The notes under the pieces were generated by a model. The model did not search any database and was not told the DNA's origin. It saw only the letters and a program-made list of their open reading frames with translations. Below are positions 50,800 to 63,339 of a stretch of DNA of 64,000 nt, piece by piece (the stretch's first letter is position 1; each line of letters starts with the position of its first letter). The stretch lies in the NCBI RefSeq assembly GCF_964355755.1, contig NC_092672.1, forward strand, positions 20,163,237 to 20,227,236, written 5' to 3'. The translations under genes and the position numbers were made by a program. The stretch is from Antedon mediterranea (lineage: Eukaryota > Animalia > Echinodermata).

Positions 50800-52976
50800 G
50801 GATCTTCTTGTTCCCCCACCTGCCTGGCTTGACGCGCTAATTTCGGGCATTCCCTTTTGAAATGACCCACTTCATTACATTCAAAACAGCGGTCCCAGTT
50901 AGTAGTAGTGGATTGGGGAGGAGGTGACGGCCCCGAGCCCCCACCCAAACGATCCCCACCCTCTACTATTTCCAAGACCCTTTTTAACAACCCTTTAACC
51001 TGGGCCAAATCCGCCTCTATCGCCATAACCCTTTTACCTAACCCACCCGGCTGGGCCTCGGCCCCACCTCTAGGTGGTGGTCGGTAAAATCCCCTATTTT
51101 CCACCCCTGGCCTACGCTCAACTAACCGCACTACGGGATCCCCCTCCACCTCACTATCGTTATCCTCCTCCAGTTGGACGGGCCTGGAAGAAAGCGGACG
51201 TGATTGTGTCGTCGGCCTAGTCGAGACCGATGGAGACCTTGCCTGGGGTGGTAGTGACGTCATTTCTTTTCCCCACTTAGTTTCATAAAGAGATTGGAGG
51301 CTGTTAAATTTATCATACTTTCTAAGCGCCTCGGACATAGTCGCGCAATTTTCAAAAAGTACCAATTTTCCCACCCCCGTGTTACGGCACCCGATACAGA
51401 ACTTCATGGCTGAATGTCTCTGTATCCATTCATTAGAAAGCGGCTTGAATGCTTTCCTAGTTAGGGTTAATACCCGATCGGCCCATTCCCCTACTGACTC
51501 CGTTCCCTGTTGGGATGCGGTCTCTAGTTTGGCCTGGAGGACCTCGGGAAGTTCATCCTCCGTAAACCGTTGGTCAAAGGCATGAATTATATCCCAAAAG
51601 GAAATGTCCCCATCCATTGTTACTAAATTGGTGTAGAGGTCCGCCGCAGCCCCCTCCACGCACCAACACAAAGCCTCTTTCATCTCCCAGGGCGAAAGAT
51701 GATGCTCTTCCGAAAAAGCCCTAAACCTACGTTTAAAGAAAGCCCAGTTATCCTTCCCTCTATATACCAGGCTTCTCGGGACGTCCTTAGAACGGAAAGG
51801 TTCCCATCTTGGCCTACCACCCGACCTACTACCCCTAGTTCCAGCCCTTGGACCTCTATCCCTTCGGTCCTGGTACAATACTGGCCCCTCTTCGTATCTA
51901 CCCCAGGGTTGTGGAACGACCCATGAATAGTCCCAGTCCTGACGACCTGGCCCCTCCCGCTGACGACCAGATGGCCATCCATACGGAGACTCGAACCCCT
52001 GGTATCCACCCCACCTCCCGAATCGGTCCGAAGTCCAATCCGCTTCCTGGCGAGTAGGCATGTGCGAGGGTACTGGTCTCTCAACCCGTGGACGATATTC
52101 AGGACGGTCCCAAGTACCATCCCCATGGAACCCGTTCCCTGATCTATCTCCCCCCCATGAGTTACCCTCCCTCATATTTGGCCATTGTCGGCCTGTACCA
52201 ACCTCGTCCCTTTGAGAATCCCTCCGTGGAGCCGGATATCCCCCTTTCGACACCGGAGTCCCATATCCTTTATTCCCGCTAAACTCCTTCCCCCCTCTAC
52301 ATGCGGATACCTCCCCAGCCTTGTACTGGAGAGTCGCTGCGTACTCTTCTGCGGAACCCACGTGAGCCTCCTCCCCACTAGAGTAACCCCCTTCCTGGTT
52401 CTCTGGAGAAAGAGAGAATTCCCTAAAGGACATAAACTTAAGCTTTTGCTCAGTGTTCCGGGAACGAATATCACCATTCCCGGGACTCACCTCCTGCTTT
52501 AGAGCACTTTTAATCGTATAGGCGCCCTTACTAACCCCAGCAGACCCAGACGATGCCGACCCCTGCCGCCGGACCATCGAAGATACATCACCTAATCCAT
52601 GGTGAGCCCTATCAAAAACTACTCCTTTTTCCCCAGAGCCTCCCCTATCAGCCCCACCCTCAGATCCTAAACGCTCGGCTGCGGAATGAACACCAAAATC
52701 ATTCCGATCATCTACCAATGACGACACAGAACCCAACATTCGACTAAAGTCCTCGGGTGACAACCTAGGGTTAGGTGCAAAATCAAATCTGTTCAAGAAT
52801 TCTGGCTTCTTACTCAGACCCTTAATAGAACTTAAATCTATTACAGACGAAATATTACCCAATCTGGTCCTAAGAGACAGAATCTCGTCCGCCCGAACCA
52901 CTCCTATCCCCGGAATATCGCATAATTGTTCGAGTGTACAAAAATTCACCCGAATGCGATTACCGTCTATAGGCAT
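50787..52976 (-). CDS. gag: Gag with N-terminal helix-hairpin-helix domain and C-terminal CCHC zinc knuckle
   Basis: First ATG at 52976 (MPIDGNRIRVN..); capsid-like YRGKDNWAFFKRRF..QQGTESVGEWADRV; knuckle CFECNEVGHFKREC. Confidence 0.92.
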   Translation of the reverse strand: MPIDGNRIRVNFCTLEQLCDIPGIGVVRADEILSLRTRLGNISSVIDLSSIKGLSKKPEFLNRFDFAPNPRLSPEDFSRMLGSVSSLVDDRNDFGVHSAAERLGSEGGADRGGSGEKGVVFDRAHHGLGDVSSMVRRQGSASSGSAGVSKGAYTIKSALKQEVSPGNGDIRSRNTEQKLKFMSFREFSLSPENQEGGYSSGEEAHVGSAEEYAATLQYKAGEVSACRGGKEFSGNKGYGTPVSKGGYPAPRRDSQRDEVGTGRQWPNMREGNSWGGDRSGNGFHGDGTWDRPEYRPRVERPVPSHMPTRQEADWTSDRFGRWGGYQGFESPYGWPSGRQREGPGRQDWDYSWVVPQPWGRYEEGPVLYQDRRDRGPRAGTRGSRSGGRPRWEPFRSKDVPRSLVYRGKDNWAFFKRRFRAFSEEHHLSPWEMKEALCWCVEGAAADLYTNLVTMDGDISFWDIIHAFDQRFTEDELPEVLQAKLETASQQGTESVGEWADRVLTLTRKAFKPLSNEWIQRHSAMKFCIGCRNTGVGKLVLFENCATMSEALRKYDKFNSLQSLYETKWGKEMTSLPPQARSPSVSTRPTTQSRPLSSRPVQLEEDNDSEVEGDPVVRLVERRPGVENRGFYRPPPRGGAEAQPGGLGKRVMAIEADLAQVKGLLKRVLEIVEGGDRLGGGSGPSPPPQSTTTNWDRCFECNEVGHFKRECPKLARQARQVGEQEDPLNE

Positions 52977-53300
52977 GATAATCCAGATACCACTATTAAC
53001 TACAATACCAAAACTGGAAGGTTTGAAACCCGCCGCTGGAGATCGATTCGTGACTTCCAAAAGCGGAATAAATATTAATTAACAATCAATTAATTAATAA
53101 AAATCCTAATGGACACACCAATGTCTGTATCCAATTAATTAATACTTACCGCAACACACCGTACCGTAATAACGCGGTAAATGCTTTTCCTACCAACCTT
53201 GGAAACTAATTTGCATAATATGCGGAACAAGTGTGTCTTCTATCGCACACACAAATTCCTCAGGAAAACAAGCAAAAATACAGGAATAATTATCCCTTTT

Positions 53301-53314
53301 TGCTCGCAGCGCCA
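53301..53314 (-). other. Primer-binding site, probably tRNA-Ser
   Basis: TGGCGCTGCGAGCA lies 1 nt inside the 5' LTR and resembles the complement of eukaryotic tRNA-Ser 3' ends. Confidence 0.8.
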
Positions 53315-53315
53315 A

Positions 53316-53625
53316 TATTGTATTCACCCTGTTTATAAAAGTGACCAGATCTACTTACCTATCTGGGAACTTCTTCCCGCTTGGGGCAAATCCAATGTAA
53401 TATATTAATCCAATAGATATACTCGATATAATACTGCCAATAGCCGTATCCTTCTTAACCACGGCAAACTCCGTGGCTAACTGCCCCGATTTCTGGTCTG
53501 CCCCAACCGTTGGCGCATGTCGGCGCCCAGACGTCTACGTCACTTGTACTGGATCCGGGCGCCCGCAGACGGTTGGTAGGTTCAGGCCATTCATTTATTG
53601 CCCACCCCCTGGGGTCGATACTACA
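53316..53625 (-). repeat. 5' LTR
   Basis: 310-bp direct repeat of 47502-47811. Confidence 0.95.
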
Positions 53626-54570
53626 AAGTAAAGAAATTAAGTTATCTTCGTTAAAATATTCTGTGCTCACATTTACATTATCAAAAAGGTCACATTCAAA
53701 CATTTAAATTAGACAGAAAAGGAAATGACAAATGAATAAAATTGAGCAAGCTGCTTACAGCAGAGAATAGTTAACACATTATAGCCTAAGTTAACAAGTA
53801 TGTACAATAAATTACAATATATACAATGTAATATGAATTGACATACCAACAACAACTAAACGACAGGCAGTGAAACAATAATGATGATCATGGACGCCAA
53901 TTAAGTATTTGGTTAACTTAAACGATTTTGATCAATCTAACTCACCGATGTCCAGAATGTATTATTATGGCAAGTTATCGTTACTCACTGGTAAGTCAAA
54001 GCATCGCCGGTAAACAGCTACGTTGAAACGGTCTAGAACATGATGTCTCAATAACGGCGCTCACTTATTAATCACATCAGCCACTTAATTTGTCATTATA
54101 CATCACTAGTAAAGTACGGATAGTATAACTTAAATACATTTAGTTGTGTTGTGTTTCATTAAAACGATGTGTTTAACGTTTACGAGTTTGATCAACCCAG
54201 TAACTCATCGATGAATTACCGGTAAACAACTACGTTGAAACTTTCATCGTCAACAGCCACTTAATTGCTGTTGGTATTTCTCATTATGTAACACTATCGT
54301 CGCACACCTGTCATGGGTCACATGATTAAAGTTTGAATGGACAGAGATATCGAGAACATAACAGCCAGGTGCGCGACATAAACAAACAAACTTCGTTTAT
54401 TTACAATTTATAACGGTAGAAATACTACTACAATCACATAATTAGTCTACGTTCTACAAGACAATGATATACTCTGGGGTAATGTAGGTATGAAATATAA
54501 TTCATAAACATTAATTAATTGTGTTCAATTGAACAACATTAATTAATTTGGCTTAATGACTTAATTATAG

Positions 54571-55392
54571 TTATTTTAGTGGCTTGTATGGCTTACCGTC
54601 GATAAACAGTTGTCCATTTCTGAATACGGGCTTACGTTTTTTGGCATATGCCTGCGCCATAATTGTAGATAATTCTCTCTTTTTCTTCATGTCCGCGTCA
54701 GGTGAATATTCAGTAATAAATACGTTTTGTGATTTACTTTTTAATTTTATTTTTCCTAGTTTTAGGACTTGGTTTCTTTGTGGACGGTACAGAAATTTAG
54801 CTATTATATGCCTCGGTTTGTTATCTAAACGGCGTTTCCCGGTGCGATGGCAATTTTCAATTTCGATGTCCTCGAGTCCGAGTTCTTCGCGTAGTACTTT
54901 TTGCAATAAGTACTGGGTGTTTTCTGTAGCATTTTCTATAACTCCTCCAAACCTTAGATTAAAACTCCTACTGTATCTTTCTTGTTTTAGGATTGAATTT
55001 TCCATGTCCGCCATTTTATCCTGACAAGCCGCCATTTTGTTTTCATACTCCTCCATTTTCTTGATTTCATTTCCAATTTTTTTTATTTCTTCCTTCGTTT
55101 TGTTAGTTGAATCATGCGCATATTCCACACTTTTTTCTAGATCTTTGACAGTTGTTTCCAGTTTGGTAAGCCTTTTGTTGTAGTTTTTTTGATTTTCTCG
55201 GACTTTATCTAGTTTACCATTAAGTTGTTTTGATAGCCTACCTAGTTGATCGGCAAGCGTTTGAGTTTCCCCCTGTCGATCGCCGGAGGCTTCGATTGGA
55301 TCATCTGCTTCTGGACTTTCGGAGGGTCTAGCTTTTCTTGTTAAGTCAATTGATTTAGTATTTGCCCTAGTAGGCCTATTAGTCGCCATCAT
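54571..55392 (-). CDS. LINE ORF1p (coiled coil plus L1-type RRM/CTD, Transposase_22-like)
   Basis: Intact 273 aa; heptad coiled coil, then QERYSRSFNLRFGGVIE..IENCHRTG..PRHIIAKF..VFITEYSP..LFIDGKPY. Confidence 0.9.
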   Translation of the reverse strand: MMATNRPTRANTKSIDLTRKARPSESPEADDPIEASGDRQGETQTLADQLGRLSKQLNGKLDKVRENQKNYNKRLTKLETTVKDLEKSVEYAHDSTNKTKEEIKKIGNEIKKMEEYENKMAACQDKMADMENSILKQERYSRSFNLRFGGVIENATENTQYLLQKVLREELGLEDIEIENCHRTGKRRLDNKPRHIIAKFLYRPQRNQVLKLGKIKLKSKSQNVFITEYSPDADMKKKRELSTIMAQAYAKKRKPVFRNGQLFIDGKPYKPLK

Positions 55393-58221
55393 GCAGTCTT
55401 CTTTTAGTTTGTGTATACAACTTTTAAAAATAGTAGAGTTTGTTGGCTATATATTACCTTTAGTCTGAATTTAAGATCTTTTTCCCTGCGTGTAAAAGTT
55501 AGGTGTTGTCTCTACTCGCGCATGCTCTCTTCCAATCACTAAAGACACTATAATAATAGAAGTCAGTAATCATCAAGTATTACACATTACATTATACACT
55601 CTAAACCCACTCATTCCAAGAAAGACACTATAATAATAGTCACATCATGTTTTTCGTTTTTTTATCGTTTATACTGCATACCATTATATAAAAAACCTTA
55701 CGCGAGAAAAAAGTTCATAGTGTAAATATACAGGTCCATGCTAACACTTGCACACGCAGGGCGGAAAATGGTGTATTTTGGAGAGTGATGATATCAGCAG
55801 TCACACGAGGAGCGAGCTTAGACAACGTGATGCTGGTAGTGGGAGTGCATGTGTTTTGAAAATAACTCAGTTGTGGGTATTTTCCGAAGATTTTAAATCG
55901 CGTTTTCTTTTTAAACTCTTGAATTCATAAATAGTAATTAAACTCTTAGCTCTTTCACTATGTAGGCCTATTTATACAACTATAGCTCTAGCCTACTCTT
56001 CTTAATTAAAAGAGTCAAGTGCGTCGAATCCGCGTCTAGCAACGGTCGCGGGTTTGGTGCATCTTTTTTTCCCATTAGAATTATTAAGGGGGGTGGCTAG
56101 CCACCCTATTCACCCCCTGGATCGAGATTTATGCGCGAAAAGAAACGTGACCAGATCCTGTTTTATGGTTCGGGGCAACCGCTTCCTTTTCCCAATCAAA
56201 CCCCCACCCAAACCCCTTTAATCGACAGCGAACATTATACGCGGTACACCAGCTTTCCCCGACGGGCAGCTAGTGACTGTGATCTTATATTTTCTTCTTG
56301 CGTTGTGTTTGTTTAATTTGTTGATTTGTATTATATTTTGTATAATGTATCTTTTGCTTGAATAAATAATAATAAATAATATAATACCTACAATGGGAAA
56401 AGGTAATACCCATGTGCATGTCAAAGTTATTTAACAATTTTTCTCTCTAAAGTTTACATATTAGTTATTAATGAATTGTGGAATATTATTCGATCTGATA
56501 CAAAACGTTAGTAGATTCCAAATGGGAATAATCCTTTGAAAAATATGATTAATTTAGGTGATTTAGCTTTACACTTCACAGACTTCTTATTTAATGTTAC
56601 CATTTAAGTTATTGTAAATATATGCTTCTTTTATTTCTTGATAAATATAAATATTTCTAAATAAATGTTGAATGAAACTTATAAAGAGACATAAGAACAA
56701 ACAGATGCAGTTCTGGTAACCCTGTAGCCTTCAGTAGAAAAGTAAAATTATACAAAATTATCAAGATGAATATCGTAGATGGCCATACTTACACATGCTG
56801 TGCTTTGCACGCTTTTCTCCCTAAAATCAGCCACTGATTGTAACATGAAAATAGGTATGATGGTTTATGTGAAATAGTACGACACGCACTATTATTCAGC
56901 TCTATACTAAATTGATTTTAAATATAATCTTTCAGATGATTAAGTTGTACATTATCATTCATGGTTATATTAACAAATATTGCCTATTTTCTCTCTCTCC
57001 TTTGAAAATAGATTACTTTTTTAAGGCAAGTAATTTAGCTCATCGGCTTTTATATTTTTGTTATATGAAAGAACGAATTTCACACAGCAGTTTGAAACGG
57101 TGGGCCCATAACAAACAATTCAATTGTCCACTTATAAATGTACCATAACATTAACAAACTGACAAAACCTAACCACTTTTAAATAAAACAGCCTAAAACA
57201 TGGTAGAACACTGGAGGCCTTTTGCTACCCCCTCCCCCACCAGTTCCTGAGGCCGATTGTTCAAACTTTGTCACAAACCCCTTTTCCCCCTCCCTATTTT
57301 TCAAGACCGGATCCACCTCTGGGATTTATTAACAATTTTGTTGATATGATCATCCCAACATAAGTCTTGCTATTTTGACACCAAGATCAGTTAGTGTTCT
57401 CTCAAAGATACAACCATTCAACTGATAAAAATATGTGATGAGATGTTTAGAATGTGATATAGAAATAATTTGAAAAGTCTTGTAACATTTTCCCTATTTA
57501 AAATATACGTCATGAAACCAATCAAGCAAATTAATATAGATATTGACACAAACTACTTGTAGTAGTTATCAACATGTTGGTGCAATAGCCACTGCTTCTT
57601 GAGGCTGAAATCAAACCCTATCAGCTCAAGCATGTCATGAGTGGTGGTCGGCGGCCTCCCCGCCCCCTCCAAAAAGAATGGGTGGGGGGTCCGGCTACTC
57701 CGCCAAGGTAACAAGGTGTGCAAAATTAATGAGTCAATTTTGACTGACGGAGGACCAAGTTGTAAATTACTCGGAAGCATTTATTAATAAATATTATTAA
57801 TCCTAATCGTTTTCTTTGTGGTGTTTTTTATCTACTCGACTGACGGCGAATATATAAATAAATTGAAATTTCCCACGGTAGACGCATGATGGCTAAAAAT
57901 AAAACGTCCAGTCGAACCAGAAACGATGCAGACAACAAAAGATCGTTAAGATTCTAAATATAGTTATCGTCGATCGCGCACAGACCTACAATTTTTTTTA
58001 TATATATTATGGCAGGCCTTGAAAACGCGACGAAGATCGTTTACCTAGATTTTGTGTCTCATGACATGAAACGCGATACTCTCTCTCCAAATAAACAGTA
58101 CCCATATGTAGCACATGTTTTTTTCACTCAAAATTAATTATGGTCGGGGTTAGCTACAGAATACTAGGGGAATTTTCTTTACACAGTGACATGTTGTAAT
58201 AATTGGACCTAGGACTAGGAC

Positions 58222-58536
58222 ACACCCATTTACACTAACAATTTGGGCTGGCCCTGGGTCGGCAATCGGTAAGTGTAAACATGCAATAAAGTTAGTTCAG
58301 CCCTGGGCCGGATGCGGACCTGGACCACCTCTCGAGGTGGGTTCAGGAGCGGCTTGTATGTTTTAGCCAGCTTATGTAGTGAACCATGACCAATGGCTTG
58401 AGAAATTGAAGTAAATAAATCCTCAGAGCCGTCATTTGGAACTCAAGTATAAACATACTTGAACAGGCCCAAAGAATTAAATATGAACCCGATCCTGGAG
58501 CGGCCTAGGACCTAATCGTAAGTGTAAATGGGGTCT
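58222..58536. mobile_element. Small MITE (PIF/Harbinger-like)
   Basis: Imperfect TIRs CCCATTTACACT / AGTGTAAATGGG; TSD not resolved. Confidence 0.55.
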
Positions 58537-59691
58537 TAGCCTATGTTAAATCTTAACATGGAATATATTGATTTTTCATATATTTTTTTATGTTTACGTC
58601 GGCGTATTTATATTTCGCTAAGCCAAGGTAGGATTAAATAATCGCCGTGGTTAGGATTCCGGCACCGGAACTCAACTGCCCACCGTTATGGAATCCGACA
58701 CGCTATTGCGCATGCCCAGAGACTAGTGCCACACACCACACCTGCACCACCGAGAGTCGGAGGGATTTACTGTAGTTAGTCGTTGGGCGCGAGGAGGGAG
58801 CGATAAATGAAACTTGGCCTAGGCTAGGCCATACATGAATTAATAATTAAAATACGACTACGCCACGCGTTAAAATAATTATGATATTGATAAGAATCAG
58901 TATCTATCTAAAAATCGTCATGCTGTATTTTTATTTGACAGATGAAGTATGAAGTTCGGAATGGGAGAAAAACACAATGTACAGTATATAGGACCACAAT
59001 GGAAATAATTTTGCCGTATCGGTACTTTATTGTGTTTTTATCCTATGCTTTTTTCAGAATAAAGAAACACAGGCCTGCCCAGTGTCATAACGCTTGCGTA
59101 TTTCAATAAATGAGCGACGTAGCGTTGTGACCCCAACTTCCCGACAGTTCTGTATTTTCACATCCGCGCGGCAACTGCCGTCAACAAATCAACTTGTATA
59201 TGATTGCATGTTATGTACAGTATAATGCGTTATATGAAATCTTTTATTTTGTACTTGAAAAATCATAAAACTATAGTAGTCATGTAATTATATAAATCAT
59301 TATATGAAGTTTATATATGAATGAAGCAAGCACTCCTTTAATTACGAAATAAATAGGCCCACTGGTCACGTCTAACTGGTAGGCCTACTTACTAGTATTA
59401 GTGGATCCCGTATTAGTAGGGTGACTACTTCTTCGCATGCAGCTAAAGTAAAATGACGTCACAGAGTATCATGCATATTAATGCGACGCGAAATTTATCG
59501 AAACTCCTGAGCCATCGACTGACGATCATGTTTTTAACAATTAAAATCACGGCATATACAACAAAATATAATTGTTTTCCCTGCTGAGGATAATAAATAA
59601 TATATTTAATTTTAATATAACAGGAAAGCCTAGATACTTCCAGTGCGAATAAAAAATAACAATACCTAGCTAGGGTGGGTGGGAAGTAGTG

Positions 59692-60227
59692 CAGGGGTGG
59701 ATTGCTATAAAACAGTCTTAACTGATGGTCTTAACTCCCCGATTAAAGCCGGCTTTATCAGATAGACGGTCTTATTAAAGCCACTCCTGATAGACCATTG
59801 CTATAAACCAGTCTTAGATAAGACCGCGTAAAGTAACAAATTGAGGGCGTACTTTGCGCGTAGAATACCAAATAAGGTAATGTTCGTCACGCTTGTTCAA
59901 TTCACAATCATAACAGTACGTACATTTCTACGCGAGAAAATCCATTCTAGGCCTATATAACAATAAAATCACCGTTATTATTTGATTTAACACTTAAAAC
60001 TCGTTCAATTGGTTGTCTTTGACGATAAATAATACGTAAAAGCAACAAAAAGAGAGGTTTAAGACTGTTTTAAGACTCCTTCGAGTAGGCTTTAATTTTA
60101 AAGACCGTTTACAGGTTAGACCGCGGTATAGCAATGGTCTATAATATAAGACTACTTGCTACGTCACGAATTATAGCCGGCTAAGCGCTAAGACCGGTTA
60201 TAGACCGCTTATAGCAATCCGCCCCTG
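59692..60227. mobile_element. MITE (Harbinger-like)
   Basis: TIRs CAGGGGTGGATTGCTATAA / TTATAGCAATCCGCCCCTG; repeated internal TAGACC/GGTCT motifs; TSD not resolved. Confidence 0.75.
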
Positions 60228-60689
60228 ATGTACACTAACCCAGCATAGTATGCTGGGTTAGTGTACTATGCTGGGTTAGTGTACATCTGCACGATGCCAC
60301 GCGGTAACGATGAAGGAGGATATGGATGGCCTGATAGTGTGTGTAGTGTACTAATAAACTACTACTCAAATATACTGTATTTTACTTTAGTTAGGAAGCT
60401 AGTGAGTAGGTAGTATCATAGAAAATCTTTCTAGGCATTGGCATCTAAGAAATGGGTCGTTAGTAGTTTTTTTCTCTTGGCTACTAAGGATTTTATCATG
60501 ATTTCTTCGACTACTTTCTGACTACATAAAATAGATAGGTGACATAATAGGTACTACCTATTAAAAGTACACAGTAAGTAGTTGTATCATAGTTGATGTA
60601 GCACTATTTAAAGTATGCCTTTAAGCTACACCATTGTTAGTAGTTTTTAATAGATATTTTTCACCTTAAGAGTTTTTATGTAGACAGGG

Positions 60690-62445
60690 AGTAGTCTCCA
60701 TCTATCTATATATAATAGATATTTAGTAGGTATGAAAAAAAAGTTAAATGTAGTTTGTTAATAGGTTATAGATAGCTGTTGTCTATCTATTAAAGTAGAC
60801 AGTTGATAGATAATACAAAACTGTATTACTCATAGATTTATAATAGACTTATAGTAGTCTCCATCTATCTATATATAATAGATATTTAGTAGGTATGGAA
60901 TATAAGTTAACGGTAGTTTGTTAATAGGTTATATATAGCTGTTGTCTATCTATTATAAATAGACAGATGATAGATAATACAAAACTGTGTTACTCATAGA
61001 TTTATAATAGACTTATAGTAGTCTCCATCTATCTATATATAATAGATATTTAGTAGGTATGGAATATAAGTTAACGGTAGTTTGTTAATAGGTTATATAT
61101 AGCTGTTGTCTATCTATTATAAGTAGACAGTTGATAGATAATACAAAACTGTATTACTCATAGATTTCTAATAGACTTGTAGTAGTCTCCATCTATCTAT
61201 ATATAATAGATATTTAGTAGGTATGGAATACAAGTTAAACGTAGTTTGTTAATAGGTTATAGATAGCTGTTGTCTATCTATTATAAGTAGACAGTTGATA
61301 GATAATACAAAACTGTGTTACTCATAGATTTCTAATAGACTTACAGTAGCCTCCATCTATCTATATATAATAGATATTTAGTAGGTATGGAATACAAGTT
61401 AAATGTAGTTTGTTAATAGATTATAGATAGCTGTTGTCTATCTATTATAAGTAGACAGTTGATAGATAATACAAAACTGTGTTACTCATAGATTTCTAAT
61501 AGACTTACAGTAGCCTCCATCTATCTATATATAATAGATATTTAGTAGGTATGGAATACAAGTTAAACGTAGTTTGTTAATAGGTTATAGATAGCTGTTG
61601 TCTATCTATTATAAGTAGACAGTTGATAGATAATACAAAACTGTGTTACTCATAGATTTCTAATAGACTTGTAGTAGTCTCCATCTATCTATATATAATA
61701 GATAGTTAGTAGGTATGGAATACAAGTTAAACGTAGTTTGTTAATAGGTTATAGATATCTGTTGTCTATCTATTATAAATAGACAGATGATAGATAATAC
61801 AAAACTGTGTTACTCATAGATTTATAATAGACTTATAGTAGTCTCCATCTATCTATATATAATAGATATTTAGTAGGTATGGAATATAAGTTAAATGTAG
61901 TTTGTTAATAGGTTATAGATATCTGTTGTCTATCTATTATAAATAGACAGTTGATAGATAATACAAAACTGTGTTACTCATAGATTTCTAATAGACTTGT
62001 AGTAGTCTCCATCTATCTATATATAATAGATATTTAGTAGGTATGGAATATAAGTTAAATGCAGTTTGTTAATAGGTTATAGATATCTGTTGTCTATCTA
62101 TTATAAGTAGACAGTTGATAGATAATACAAAACTGTATTACTCATAGATTTCTAATAGACTTGTAGTAGTCTCCATCTATCTATATATAATAGATATTTA
62201 GTAGGTATGGAATATAAGTTAAATGTAGTTTGTTAATAGGTTATAGATAGCTGTTGTCTATCTATTATAAATAGACAGTTGATAGATAATACAAAACTGT
62301 GTTACTCATAGATTTCTAATAGATTTGTAGTAGTCTCCATCTATCTATATATAATAGATATTTAGTAGGTATGGAATATAAGTTAAATGTAAAATGTAAA
62401 ATGTAGTTTGTTAATAGATTATAGATAGCCGTTGTCTATATATTA
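60690..62445 (+). repeat. 164-bp satellite, ~10.7 copies
   Basis: Unit AGTAGTCTCCATCTATCTATATATAATAGATATTTAGTAGGTATGG...CATAGATTTCTAATAGACTTGT; starts at 60851, 61015, 61179. Confidence 0.96.
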
Positions 62446-63339
62446 GTGCGTGTGTATAACAATTGTTACACCCAAATTCCCGCTTCTTTTTTGCAGCAGC
62501 AGCAGCAGGCACGATGCAGATGATCAGAGAAAAAAGGAGCATTCGCTTGTTGTAGGCCTTTTCGATCAGACCATGAATGTTTATTTATACACAATGTCAG
62601 TTTAGTGGTAAGTGAATCAATCCATATCTTTACATTTTATTTGTTAAAGTTAAAGTGTTCCTTTTTGATAGGCTAGAAGCTAGGCTAGTAGGCCTCTAGT
62701 AGGCTCTATAACCTAGCCAGGCCTGTATTAGTTAGTAGGCCTAGGCTAGGGTAGGCCCTAGCCTAGGCCTAGTCTTTTTTAAATTGCACTAGGCATTTTT
62801 CATTCAAGTTATAATTATAATAGCCTAGCCTAGGCCTAATATACTTTATAGCCTAGGCTTATAGGCCTACTACTAGTTAGCCTAGGCCCTACATTGCCTG
62901 TTTGTTGTTCAAAAAACATTTATTTATTCAACAATGGCATTATACAGTATAATATAATTATAGGTGTGTACATAAATGAAAACATAGTAATAAGCCACAA
63001 GTTGTAGGCCTACTTCCCAGGGTTCAATTATAAAATAGATTTTTTAGTTTATAATATTAATACTAAATAGTTATACTGGGCTGCCTAGGCCTATTATCAG
63101 TTTGTTAATAGGCCTAAGCCTAGTCTATTAATAGGTTATTATTATACATATTTTTAAACACAGTAGGTTTCATTTATTACCATAAATATAATTTAATACT
63201 ACCGCAAAACATAGATAAACTCACATTATTTTCGCCCGTTGAGTAAATGTATATTTTTACTTTACAACAAACAAACTTGACGGGTTGTTTGTTGGTATAT
63301 TTATTACTCCATTGTGTTGGTTCAGAGGATGTTTTTCTT

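Larger units (their letters stand above)
47502..53625 (-). mobile_element. Ty3/Gypsy LTR retrotransposon, 6124 bp, integrase-less
   Basis: Two 310-bp LTRs, TSD AAGT (47498-47501, 53626-53629), PBS, PPT, gag and PR-RT-RH pol. Confidence 0.96.
46090..55530 (-). mobile_element. CR1/L2-group LINE, 5'-intact, 3'-truncated before RT, interrupted by a Gypsy element
   Basis: 5' UTR from ~55530, ORF1 54571-55392, ~870-bp inter-ORF spacer, ORF2 53703-53626 joined to 47497-46094. Confidence 0.88.

Noticed and set aside
48357-52747. Small antisense or overlapping ORFs in the Gypsy element, and likewise 54584-55024 in the LINE
   Set aside because: Shadow ORFs of the real coding frames with no motifs.
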